Shown here in pieces: positions 11,524 through 24,321 of a DNA stretch of 64,000 nt. The notes under the pieces are model-generated. The model did not search any database and was not told where the DNA came from. It worked only from the letters and a program-made list of their open reading frames with translations. Source of the DNA: Hormiphora californensis (lineage: Eukaryota > Animalia > Ctenophora). Made by a program: the position numbers and the translations under genes. The stretch's first letter is position 1; the number at the start of each line of letters is the position of its first letter. Location: assembly GCA_020137815.1 (NCBI GenBank), contig CM035353.1, positions 3,658,001 through 3,722,000 of the forward strand, written 5' to 3'.

Positions 11524-13081
11524 TTTTTTTTTTTTTTTTTTGGGGGGAGAGTGCTCCCGTAAACAATCTTTAATGCTGAGAGTTCTCAGTTGTTATTGAA
11601 ATAAATGCGCTCTTGCGCTAACACGTCAGAAATAAATTACTAAACAAAATTATAAAACATATATATCGTCCGTTGTGCTCTCTACTCGCCCACCTCTATA
11701 TCCTCTGAGTGAGAGAGTCACACTCCTTAACATTGAGAATGAAAGCTTCAGACGAATGAATCGAATACATTCGTTGTAATTGTTTTTTGTTTTCTTTGCT
11801 TTCAGTTCCGCAAGCCGTTTTACAAAGGTTGAGAAATCTTTTCCCATCCCTCCGGTGGTTGACATCACCAATGGCGTAAACGACCCCTTTTCCACTTCCA
11901 GCACCCGATGAAGATAAGCTGTCCGTTTTGTAGCTTCATGTTTCATGTACGTTTGAGGAATGTCTTGGATTCTGTTGGATTCAGCCTGAGAGTTGAAAAC
12001 TCTTACATCAAATAACGCCAAGTCCATATCAGTCCAGAAATCTCTGGTAGAAACGTCCAATCTTGCCCCATCGTCCCGGTTGGTTCCAGCTGGCAGCTCC
12101 CTATTATACACTGGAAGTAGGTGGGGTTCGATTCTCGTATCGTAGCAAACGTCACTCAGTTCTTTAGCTACATAATCCCTAATGCGGTTATGTCGAATAG
12201 AAACATAGCCACCTCTTTTACATGATAGTGAGTGCTCAATGGTGTTGGCATTTCCACATACACATTCCTCTGGACGGGATTGCCCAACAATCGGTAGGTC
12301 GTAACGTACTGAAAGAGCGTCATGGAATTCCTGTCTGTTCAGATTGAAATGTAGCTCCTCCAGAGGCAGACAAGTCAGGAAGGACGATGCACCTTTTTCG
12401 TTTAACAGATCAAGATTTCGTACATGTTCCGGACTCAGTAAGGTTTTGACAGTTTCGAGCATACTCTTGTACATGTTGTTCTTTGCATTCTTCAGAGCAA
12501 CCTTCACTTCAAGTTCGCGTTTGACATCTGGCTTGTAGCTATCTTTCTTTCCAAGAATGGCTTGAGTCAGTCCCTCTGTGACAGCAACTGAGTTGACGTA
12601 CTCGAGTTTGCTCATGATCACTGGGTTCGGTATGCCAAGTCCACCAAATCTAGTCGGAAGGGACATTATCTCTCGAAGAACTACTTCGATGAATGGTTGT
12701 CCAGTAATTGCAGGGAGTAGATTCCTCAATATCAGCTCCTCGATGACTTGTAGCTGATTCTCAATACCGGGGGTAGTTCGCTGCAAAAATGCCCACTCTT
12801 TACTCACACCGATAGTAAAAGCAGCGTATGCAAGCTGTGGCTCATTCTTCGCGATATCACAGATATTTTTAACATCATCTGTCCATTTCTTCACTTCTTC
12901 TTCAACAAACTTCTCCTGACCAACTTTACTCCCGATATATGACCCAAGATAACGGTGGCCAATGCTGGTAACGTTCACATCAGGAAACATATCCTTTGCC
13001 TGTTGTTCCATTCCCTCCTTCACTACTAACCAGCTCTTACCGGGATCGGGATAATACCCGAATGATGGTCCATCTTCTTTT
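11524..13081 (-). mobile_element. 5'-truncated CRE-clade non-LTR retrotransposon (RLE type)
   Basis: Poly(A) tail (T18 at 11524-11541); 14-15 bp TSD ACGAAGGAAAAAAG(T) at 11510 and 13082; empty site at ~14970. Confidence 0.9.
11650..13080 (-). pseudogene. C-terminal RT/thumb + CCHC zinc knuckle + restriction-like endonuclease of the CRE element
   Basis: FGYYP.P.KSWL, RYLG, LP.R.GGLG, C.CG...H...C, RHN.IRD, R.D...FDVRV, KR..Y and FTPLV motifs; the catalytic YADD region is lost to 5' truncation. Confidence 0.85.
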
Positions 13082-13301
13082 ACGAAGGAAAAAAGTGAAA
13101 AACTGTTTCAAATAGCCAGTGTATACCCTAAGTACAGTAGCGCTGGCAGAATTTTTTTAAATTTTCAAAATTTTTTTTCCCGCAATTTCGATTTTCCATT
13201 TACTGGAAGGAAGAATGCGTGGAAGAGAGACTTTTTAGGGGAAGGATGGTTGGGGGAGGGAGGATTGGGCCCCGGGCGCTTGCCAGCGCTATGATAATAT
13301 A

Positions 13302-14402
13302 CCGCCTGGGCCAAAAAAAACGTGGGGTACGCTGAGCCTCATATCTCCCAAATCGTAACTTCTATCACTCTGATATTTTGACACAATTTTTGTATACCTA
13401 CTCATTCGAGGAATCCGGAGTTTCAATTCCTAAAACTTCAAAATTCATTAATGAACTCAATTTTTCATTTTTCGGGTTTTTCGAGGTTTTCTCTTGTTTA
13501 TATTCAATTTTATTCTTAAAAATGACCGCCATGCAATAGAACAACTATTAACAAATGGCAATCTGTATTTTTATTAAAATTGAATCAAGTTTAGTTGGTG
13601 AAATAAACAATATAAAACTGTTAATTTTTACCGAGAATCGATTTTGACCCGTTTTGACGAGAAATCGGTAATTTCAGGCGCTAAAAATTGGTAAGGCCAT
13701 TGCACTTGATCAATGTTGATGTTAGCCGGAACTTTAGCTCTCTATCTCAAAGTTCATTTTTCCGACTGGAATGAATCCTGAATGAACTTGAAAACAGGAA
13801 TGCTTTTCCGAAAATTAATTTCACAGTCGCCTTTGGGTATCGATTTCCTTTCAAACGCGACTAATTTTAGCTCAATTGGACCACCACAAGAGACACAGTC
13901 CCCAGTTTTCTAACCCTAGGTCTGGTCATGTGACCCCCATTGAGACGCTAGTGTCATTACGAAGTGCCAATAAGCAGGTGTAACGGTCGAGTATCACGTA
14001 TCACATCTGCTAATGAGGATGGTGTACCGATACAGCGTCCGATAGAATGTAAGTTATCTTGCTAACACGTCATAATTTGATGGGGATCACATGACCAAAC
14101 CTAGGCTTGGTAAACTGATCATTGTGATTCTTGTGGTGATCCAATTAAGCTCAAACTGGTCGCGTTCGAAAGATAATCGATAGCCAAACAAATTTGTGAA
14201 ACATTGGTACCGAAATATGGTCCCATTTTGGTGTTCATTCAATGTTCATTCGGGCGAAAAAAATGAACTTTTATCCAGAGGGCTGAAACTCCGGATTCCT
14301 CGAATGAGTACCCATACAAATATTGTGTCAAAATATCAGAGCGATGGAAGTTAAGATTTGGGAGATATGAGGCTCGGCGTACCCCACGTTTTTTTGGCCC
14401 AG
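13302..14402. mobile_element. Tc1/mariner-like MITE with clipped right end
   Basis: TA|CCGCCTGGGCCAAAAAAAACGTGGGGTACG... with long inverted arms; right TIR ends ...TTGGCCCAG, lacking the final GCGG. Confidence 0.8.
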
Positions 14403-15188
14403 TTGCTTACGTGATTCAGTGTATCGAAATTAGTCAGGTTCAGTGGTTTTCGCTATGATATGATCTGCAGGGCAAGCGAGTCTGGTAACTTGAAACACCG
14501 CGGAGGGCTATTTGAAACACTTTTCTCCAAATCCGCTGTCGGAAATTTTTGATGTTCATTTTGAGCATAGGGAGGATATGAATTATGAGTTTAGCCATTT
14601 CCGCCAGAAATTGGCCGAATTTGGGGCAAAAACTGTTTTCCTGGCTATTTGAAACACTTTTCGGAAACATTCGCTGCACCAAGCACATGTAACAAAATTC
14701 AGATTTCAGACATGGAATAGCTCTGTACAACCCTTTTCTAACTATTCCATGTCGAAAATCTCGGTTTCGTGGACGAATTGAGGGAGATACGGCTGTTTCA
14801 AATTAGCAGACTGAGGCGGGCTAATTGAAACACCAAATTTGGATAGATATCACGTGACCCTGACCCCGGAAGACAAAATGAGACATCTCAAACCACTTCA
14901 AAAACTACCCTGGGACTGTCTCGGTAACATAGGGTGAAAAATTTTGGGTTCGACTTGATTTGTGGACACACGAAGGAAAAAAGTGAAAAACTGTTTCAAA
15001 TAGCCAGTGTATACCCTAAGTACAGTAGCGCTGGCAGAATTTTTTTAAATTTTCAAAAATTTTTTTCCGCAATTTCGATTTTCCATTTACTGGAAGGAAG
15101 AATGCGTGGAAGAGAGACTTTTTAGGGGAAGGATGGTTGGGGGAGGGAGGATTGGGCCCCGGGCGCTTGCCAGCGCTATGATAATATA
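14401..15188 (+). repeat. Near-identical direct duplication of 10940-11523 + 13096-13301, without the CRE insertion
   Basis: Direct comparison shows only a few substitutions or indels. Confidence 0.92.
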
Positions 15189-15403
15189 TATATGTGAGAT
15201 CGATCTCGGTCGCTGTGTGACCTCGATCCCACTCAGGTGTCAATGTCGCCAAGAGTTAACAGATCACTGTATCACGTGATATAATGGTACTCAGTTTGAA
15301 ACACATCTAAGTGCACTGACGTACAACAATAGTTTCTAGATTGTGAGGGAGTTGAAGTTGAGTTTGTGTCTTGAACTGTTCGAACTGTCTTCGACCTCCG
15401 GGC

Positions 15404-15650
<247 letters not shown>

Positions 15651-15677
15651 CAAAATCCCCCAAGTGTAGTTTGAAAT

Positions 15678-18600
15678 ATGCTCCTGTTCATTCTACTGAT
15701 ACAGCTCTCAGTGATGGAGGTGTCTGCAGTCTTCACTGGGAAGCTTCACTTCGCATCTGTTACTGCCAGGACTGTGTATGGTGATGACAACCCAAATAAT
15801 GCAATAGACGGTGACCCTACAACGATGTATCATTCTAGTGATGATAACCAGCCTGAGTGGCTTCTTCTGACATTGGATTCACCCGGAGCGGTGAGCAGCC
15901 TAACAATCATAAACAGGTAAATTACCATAACTGTTACTATTTGTTACAGAACATGTGTATAGATATCTATAGGTATTTATACATGTATTATAGGGGGACC
16001 ACATACAGCACTGTACTGAAATTCGCACCGCCGTATGTGGTGCCTCTAACTTCAGTTCTCACTAGCACATACAACACTTTCGGTGCAAACTCCAGTACGC
16101 ACTGCCGTATGTGGTGCCTCTTACTGATAAATATCGGTGGGACTATCAGTACACAATCTCACGTGAGCTTAGCTCAGAAAAGATCAGTACGGTGCTGTAT
16201 GTGCTCTTCGTACTGAACTGAAAGGTCACGTGGGGGTCACGTGCGCGCACTAGCCAATGAGAGACCTGCATCTCACAATACACACACACACCCACACCAC
16301 AGCAACCAATAAGAGGCGCACGCACTCTCACTACGACAGAAAGGGCCACACCTAGAACACGGGCGAGATTATCCGACATATCGAGAAAATATGTGCTGCA
16401 ATCGGGAAAGATAAGAGAGAGATAAGTGGAGATAAACATAACAAGAGAGAGAAAAGGAGGTCGAGAGAGTTCGGTATTAGTGAGAGGAAGATATTTCACA
16501 AAAAATTACGTGTTTTTAGCTTGTTTTGAAGGTTTTTTATTGATTGTTCAGTAAGAGGCACCACATACACTCACTGTACTGAAGTTTCCACCGACAGTAT
16601 GTGGTGCGACGTTCTGGAGTTCGCACCGGTGCTGTATGTGGTCCCCCATAGATAACTTGGTGACATTGACACCTGAGTGAGATCGACGTTGCGCGCGACT
16701 GAGATCGATCTCATATATTATTCGCGGAGCGAGAATAGATTGCAATGGATCCAATGTATATAGATGCCTGTAAACCAGTGTCATATTTTACTATCGGTCA
16801 GGAACACGCCCCACCTGGTTATAGCGAGACGAATCATCGGAACTCGCATAACCCTCATCGGGGAAACGATCAACACGACATGTGGAACTATCGACTCAGC
16901 GCATGAAGACTTGTCTACCGCCTACACAGTGACCTGTCCACCTTGCACTGAGATGACCCTTCAGATTTTACTTCACGATGAAACATCATTGGATGAAGAT
17001 CTAACTGTTGATAGTAGAATTGTTCTCCACATTGCGGAAGTAACGGCTTTTGGAACTGAATCTGGCACTGAAACTGGTACGTATACAGTCGGACCCCGAT
17101 TTAGGGACACCCTCGGGGGAAAGGCTCTTGTCCACTAAATCGGGGTGCCACTAAATCGGGGTCAAATAAGGTTAATTTCCTATATCAGGGGAAATCCTGT
17201 CCCTAAATCGGGGTGCCACTAAATCGGGGGCCCCTAAATCGGGGTTTGGATCCATCGCATCCTATTCTCGCTCCGCGAATAATAGGATCCCGGTCCGTTG
17301 AGAGCAAGAACTCACGTGCGCGCGATATAAAGCACGTTTTCAGCAGTTCGCGCGTGATAGACCGTTTTTGGAGACCTTTTTAGCTGACCTAGCACTACTC
17401 AAAGGTCAATTATGGAATCATTTCGCATCGTGATGAATCGGCGGGTATTTTCCCATACTCACAAGGCCATGACGATTCCCCCAGTACCCGCAGATTGTCC
17501 CAGGACCGAGTAGGAGCTTGCAGCCAGGTCTTTAAAGAATTGCTCATGTTTAGCGTGAATTTTGACCCACTATTCCTCAAATGCTGATACTCGCGGGTAT
17601 TTTCCGTAAAACTAGAGACAATTGTCTGCCAGGAGCAACAAACGAGATGCAAATCGGTTCAGTAGTTCCTTGCAGCCAGGTCTTTGAAAAAGTTTGCTCT
17701 AAAATCAATAACGCGCCGGAGGCCTAGATGTGAGATCGATCTCGGTCGCTGCGCGACCTCGATCTCACTCAGGCATCAATGTGGCCAAAATCGGGGTCCG
17801 ACTGTAGTAAAAACTTCCATCAGGAAACGTTTTGTAACCCATTCATTCCAACTTAGTGTCTATCAGTGAAGGAACTTCTCGGTCTGCGTATGAAGACCCA
17901 TATGAAGGCGTGCGAGGGATACCTTCGTATGTTTTTGATGACAATCCAAGCACTTCTTTTCATTCAAGTGCAGATAACCAACCCGAGTGGCTTCAATTGA
18001 CGCTAAGCAGACCGGCCAGGGTAAAGAAAGTGATCGTCATAAATAGGTATAATAGCTGTAGTGGGACTTGGTTGGGTCGGTCAACAATTATCAAATGTGG
18101 GTTTGTTTCCTACACAGGTTGCATTATTAAATGTGGTTTTGTTTGCTGCACAGGTTGAATGGTTACGGGTATATAGTGAACCGACTACTCGGCACCGAAA
18201 TCTCCCTACTTGGTACTACAACCAATACCACCTGTGGGACTATCAACTCAGTCAACCCAAATGGAGAGTCTATCGAGGACCAGAGCTACTCTGTTTTCTG
18301 TCCCACCGCCACAGAGCCGAGCATTGCTGTGAGACTATACGATGACTATGACACAAATTCAGATATAATTATCATGAACATAGCAGAAGTTAAAGTTTAC
18401 GAATTAAGTGAGTCCTAGAATATTTAAACAAATTAGTACTAAATTATAGCCCGCTGGGTGCACCTCCTGCCTTATCAAGCTGTTTTTCCACTTTTGGCAT
18501 TTTTTGCTGTCTTTTCAAACTTCTGCAGAGGTCAGAGATCTCACTGTCAACTGTTCTGCAGAGACACGGATAGTGGATATAAGAGAGGCAAGTGGACGTG

Positions 18601-21600
18601 AGCATGGAAGCTACCCGCTGTCCAACCTTATCGACAATAATCCCGGGACAAGCTTCGCCACAGCTGAAGGTGGCGTCACGGAAGAGTGGGTAACAATTAC
18701 CCTGGCACAATCAGTCTACGTTGTTCAGGTCGTCCTTATTAACAGGTGAGCCTCACTGTAACAGTGCAGTGCTTGTAGTGGAGATACCGTATTACGTAGT
18801 GGAGATACCGTAATGGCGGATACCGTAATGGCACGGACTTTGCGTAACGCGTGAGTACTTTTCTCACAATTTTGATGAAAGCACTCGCAAAAAGCTGTTA
18901 TAAGTGGATTTGGTCAGCACGTCATAAATCAAGGGATCACAGGGGGCCGCACATTCAAAGAGGTCGACTGTCGAGCACGGCGTTGTATTTGCGCGTGACA
19001 ATTTGACATACGTTATCTGCACTCATATCTCCAGTTCCTGATAAGATAAAGACTTGATCTTGGTTTCGTTGAAAAGGTTTTTGCAACGCTTCCGGGTTCA
19101 AGTCTTAAGATTGCCAGGAACTTGATCTCGATTATCAAGCATCATTCTTTCCCCTTTTTGATTCTCGGGGTTAGAATTTTTATTTTGGACTCCCAGGTCT
19201 AGCTCCCCATAATTACAATAATTTAACATCAAATATTTCAGGATGCATAGCTTAGGCAACATTTTAAATCGAATCAAAGGCACACAAGTGATTCTGGTAG
19301 ACGCTGGAACCGGTCAAATAATGTTGGAAAACTGCGGAACAATCACCACCGCACAGCCGTGGGGGTCTGGAAGTGTTGCGGAACACACATACACGGTGGA
19401 GTGCTCTGGATTTATTAAGACAGATACCATAAAACTGTATGACAATGAAGCGACCGACTATGATAAAACTTACATATATAATGGTAATCCAATTGGTGTT
19501 GTCATCAATTTAGCGGAAGCTCAAGTACTCTCTGATGCAGGTAACACTTGATAAGAGCTACACTTCAAGTTCGCTATTTTTGCTTTCCATTGTCAAGTTC
19601 GTCATACACATTTCCACCTGGAATTTCTTGCTCGTCTTTCTGTCAGAATCTGTATAACACGCACGTGAATTTGAGCCGCGGCGCGGCGCATCTGCACGTG
19701 CAGTTTTTCCAGAGAGAGTGAGAGACAATCGTATGATTTGATTTGAAAAAGGTAAAATATAAAGATACATTGATACTTCATACAAAACCCGACAGACTCT
19801 CTATTAAAATAGATGCCCAAGGCATGAGTGCTTACGTCTTAAATTTAGATAAAGTGTAAAAATGTAGTATAAAAATACGTCATGTTAGCTATATACACAC
19901 ACGATTAGAAATATATATTGGTTTAATAGTAATAAGTTAAGTTAATAGGTTAATAAGTTCCGGAGTAACCCTTCCAAACCCAAACCCTCCCTACCCCAGT
20001 CAGTGTCAACTGTCAATTTGTGTCAATTGGTATTGGCGCATCACCGGGCAACAACTTTTAAGTTTCAAACATTTCGAACACAACTCCAAACCCATCAACA
20101 ATTTCTATGACCTCAAACTCCTAAAAACAATAAACATATTATACCATTTACAATTGTTGCCAAGTGATCCGCCAATGATAAGGAAAAAATTCAGACAGAA
20201 GGCTGGATACTAGATGCATTCCACAAATGCTTCTTAAGTTCTGAGGAAAATATCACATGGTCACTAATGCTACGAATATCATGCGGTAGGGAATTCCACT
20301 CTATGTGGGTACGGTAGAAAAAGGAATCTTTAAAAACATCTATTCTAGGGCGCTCATCACACACTACGTAAGTCGCGTCTTTGTTGATTTGTTGTCTTGT
20401 ACGTGGTCGGTCATTGTCAACAGTTGGGTCAAAACGTCTCATGTAAGGGGGGAATTCTATTGGTATAAGCTTGTAAAGTATCTTATGGAACATTTTAAGA
20501 TCATTATATAGGAACTTAGAAGACATGGGTAGGATCTTAAGTTCCTTGAGCCTAGTTACGTACACTTCGTTGCTGTAACTACACTCCAATTCATTGAATA
20601 CCCATTTTACGGCCCTTTTTTGCATCTTTTCAAATTTTTCAATACTAGATGCAGAAATGGGCCGCCATACTTCGCTACAGTGTTCATATAGTGACCTTAC
20701 TAAACTAATGAAGAGAGTTTTGCGTTTTCTCTGCGACTGAACTAGGTCAGAACACGTTCTCCTCACTAGACCTAACCTCTGGGAAGATTTTGATAGGAGC
20801 TTGTTCTGATGGTGGGTTGACGAAAGTTTATTTGTAGTCAGAACACCCAGATCAGTCTCCGTTTGACTAGGACCTATTTGTGTGCTTATAGTCTACTTTA
20901 AGCTTTTTAAGAATCACATCATGAGAGACGCTGTCAAAAGCCTTTTTAAAATCAAAGAACACTATATCAGTCTGCAGACCTTTATTTAGGTTAAGGGCAA
21001 GATCACAATTGAAGTCTATAAGTTGGGTACTGCAGGACTTAAGGGGAACGAACCCATGTTGAAACGGAGTTATTTTAGGAAGACAAACCCTGTAAAGCCT
21101 CTCTCGAACTAACTTTTCTAAAACTTTCATTGTTAGGCAGGTTAAGGATATCGGCCTGTAGTTCTCGATGTTTGCCTTATCCCCTTTTTTATGAATGGGT
21201 ACCACATTGGCATTTTTCCATTCTTGGGGGAATTTACCCTCTCTATAGGATCTATTAAAAATTAGAGTTAAAGGGTATGCAATGGATCGACAACACTTTT
21301 TTAGTAAAATACCCGGTATATTATCAGGACCTATAGCTTTTGAGGGGTCAAGCTTACGTAGTATTTCTAGAACCTCATCGACATGAAACATTTCATCGTT
21401 AAAGTCGTTTTCATGATTACGTATCACATCGATGTGTTCCTGGTAACTACTAGCTTCAGTAAACTGATCACTGAAAAAGGTGTTAAATATTTCGGCCTTT
21501 TCCATGCTCTCAGTTCGAAACTTCTTCCCGTAAAACACAGTATCAGGGATTCTAGAACTTGATTTCTGCGATTTCACATGCTTAAAGAACTTTTTGCTGA

Positions 21601-24321
21601 CCTCAGCTGAGCTATTATTTTCATTTATAAACGGCATGTCATAATAGCTCCGTTCTTTTTCTAGTGACTGGGTTCTATACAAATCTTCTGTCTCGATGTG
21701 ATACCGCACCATACTTTCATTATCTGGGTGCTTTATCACATCAGCTCTTGCTCGGTCTAGGTCTTTTTTAAGTGATCTGAGCTCATCATCGTACCATGGT
21801 GGCTGTGAGCCCAGTTTCACTGATACAAGAGGCACATGCTTTCGGAGTGTAATATCAAGTCTTGACTTGAAGATCTGCCAGCATGCTTCAGCTGACATTC
21901 CCTCAAATCTACTCAACCAGTTCTCCGAAAGTAATTCTTCATCAAGTGCCTCCCAGTTTGCTTTTTTAAACGCAAACTTTTTAGTAGTGGTATACTTTGG
22001 TCGGATCTTTCTAATAGACAGATGACAATGTATAGTAAAATGATCCGACTTCATGAGCCCACTCTCAACCACGGAAACTTCGGAGAAAAGATTTTCGTTG
22101 CTGGTAAGTAGGAGATCTAGAATGTTTCCATCTTTGTGAGTTGGCTCATTTATCATGGCCTTAAGTCCCAGGGAATTGAATAGGTGAATATAATCTTCAT
22201 GAATTGAGCTGTTCGAAACAGGTAGATCCCAATCTTTGATAGTACTGAGATTGAGATCTCCAAAAATAGAGAGATTTTTATACTTCTTCATAAGATTCGT
22301 GTAATACACTTCTACTCCTCTGAAGAAGTCTAATCCTGAGTAATCGTACCTGTACAGTGTGGAAAGGCAGATTGGTGTTGTATTTTTAGGTTTAAGGAGT
22401 ATAGAAACTATAGGTAGTTCAGTTTTAGTATCAATCTGCTGAACCTCTACTCCTAAATCATTTTTGGCTAGAATCAACACACCACCACCACCACACTTTC
22501 CATACTTCTCCATATCCACTTTCGATCTGTCTTTTCGGAATATGGAGTAGTACTTATCAGAGACAACTTCCCCATCTTGCACATGTTCATTAGTAGAGTC
22601 GATAACTACATCGACCTCTCCTAATTGTTCCAGTTTTTGTCACATCTGTTTGGAGCCTCGACACGACCTCTAAACAGGTGTTACTTTTTCACAAACTGTT
22701 TTCATCTTGGTGTAATCAGCAGTTGAAATGTTGCTAATCATAACAAAAACCTGACTAAATTTTTTCAACTTGGGGTAAAACCATGGGTGTCAAAAGTTAG
22801 CTCTAAGTCCCCTGAGTAACCATCCGGAGACTCTAAGAGATATTTCAAGCCGTTCTCCTGTAATCATTAATCCCGGTAGAGCACATATTTGAGTATGGAC
22901 GTACGTGCAATTGCCTACAACCTCAACTTTAATGTATAACGTTAATGTGCGTCTCTCTCTTTTCTCCCCCTTGAGAAAGAGTTATCTCGCGCGGCGCAAC
23001 CGCACGTGCGGTTTTTCCAGAGAGAGTGAGAGACATACAATAACATGTAAACAGCCTGCCAGCGCTCACGTACGTCCGCATTGTATTTTTTTCTCCACCG
23101 GGATTAATGATTACGGGAGAACGGCTTGAAATATCTCTTAGAGTCTCCGGATGGTTACTCAGGGGACCTAGAGCTAACTTTTGACACCCATGGTTTTACC
23201 CCAAGTTGAAAAAATTTAGTCAGGTTTTTGTTATGATTCGCAACATTTCAACTGCTGATTACACCAAGATGAAAACAGTTTGTGAAAAAGTAACACCTGT
23301 TTAGAGGTCGTGTCGAGGCTCCAAACAGATGTGACAAAAACTGGAACAATTGGGAGAGGTCGATGTAGTTATCGACTCTACTACATTGAGCCATGTCTCA
23401 TTTAACAGTACAATATCGGGAAGGTAGGTACTTAAATATCCCCTCAGTTCCTTAATCTTTGATATTTGGAACTGGGGCTGATCTCCCTTCATTGATTGCA
23501 TATGAATAAGACCATTCACATTGCAATATACTATGTTTATTTTGTTAGGTGTATCACCAGGCCCAGGATTCAGAATATTGGGCTGTGTACGAGCAATAAG
23601 GCTCCTAGCTAACGAGCATACATAAAACACGCAGTTAATAAGCTTTTCTGCACACTCGGCACAATATCTTATATGTGCAGAAAAGTATCCCTTTCTACTT
23701 AAGAATAATATAAAAACACAATTAGCATACCACTGATACATAATTGGCCACTGCATTCCGTGAGCATCCAGATTAGCAGGGGCTTTTTTAGATATACAAG
23801 AAGGTGCATACAAGAGCATTAGACCTGTAAGGAGGTAGGTTATAGCTACATGTATAGAGAATATTAATATTTCAACGTTAATGCGTGTCTCTCCCTTTAA
23901 TCTCGCACGTGAATTTGAGCCGCGGCGCGGCGCATCTGCACGTGCGGTTCTTCCAGATCGAAATTCCAAATAGAATCTCCATATAGAAATTCCAAATAGA
24001 AATGTGTATGACGCCGTGTTAGCTTTATAACCCGGGTCCACTGTGAAAGATTCGTGCCAAAATCATCTTTTTCATACGGCTATTATTATAGCCACGCATT
24101 CACATACCAGTCTTGTCCGCCAAAATCGATCAATTATCATCAATTCAACTTGCATATAGCCCTTTCAACCTTACACTTTTTAGAGTTGGTGTGCCCAGAC
24201 TTGACCATCGACAATGTTGGTACCTACTCGGACGTGACTATAGAAACGGTAATAGTGGAGGTCCCAGTCTGTTTACTAACCTGCCAATCAAATGGAGAAT
24301 GGACCATACCTACATGTCATG
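15678..24321 (+). CDS. Secreted protein with three F-type lectin (fucolectin)/F5-8 type C-like domains and a Sushi-like exon; 3' end unresolved
   Basis: Phase-consistent exons 15678-15916, 16802-17076, 17857-18046, 18154-18407, 18529-18745, 19242-19540, 24184-24321; signal peptide; repeated AIDG/FDD...H.S...EWL.L.L...INR...CG...C...IAEV pattern; last exon CP...TCQSNGEW..PTC. Confidence 0.8.
15993..16647. mobile_element. Intronic MITE with subterminal GTATGTGGT repeats
   Basis: TIRs GGGGGACCACATACAGCAC / GTGCTGTATGTGGTCCCCC; ATA flanks. Confidence 0.75.
17246..17788. mobile_element. 543-bp 9-bp-TSD element (copy 2), nested in a CAGTCGGACCCCG MITE (17086-17804)
   Basis: TSD AATCGGGGT; same length and sequence as 7979-8521. 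Confidence 0.88.
20191..23870 (-). pseudogene. CR1/L2-group LINE ORF2 (APE + RT), internally deleted and interrupted; antisense in lectin intron 6
   Basis: APE motifs YCNVNG, LNETWL, FRKDR, GGGV, GDLN, LDL, SDH; RT motifs NYRPISL, QHGF, DFKKAFDSV; GVPQG/YADD core missing at ~20885; C-terminal DLGV and FFYR..WN retained; 5' limit approximate. Confidence 0.88.
22591..23383. mobile_element. Foldback MITE inserted in the LINE APE domain
   Basis: ~290-bp inverted arms starting TAGTAGAGTCGATAAC; 3-bp TSD CAT; removing it restores ETWLNEHVQDGE in frame. Confidence 0.9.

Larger units (their letters stand above)
10373..13128. mobile_element. TIR element carrying GGCTATTTGAAAC repeats; host of the CRE insertion
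   Basis: TA|GGGTATACACTGGCTATTTGAAAC...GTTTCAAATAGCCAGTGTATACCC|TA; internal hairpin ~10770-11000. Confidence 0.75.
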
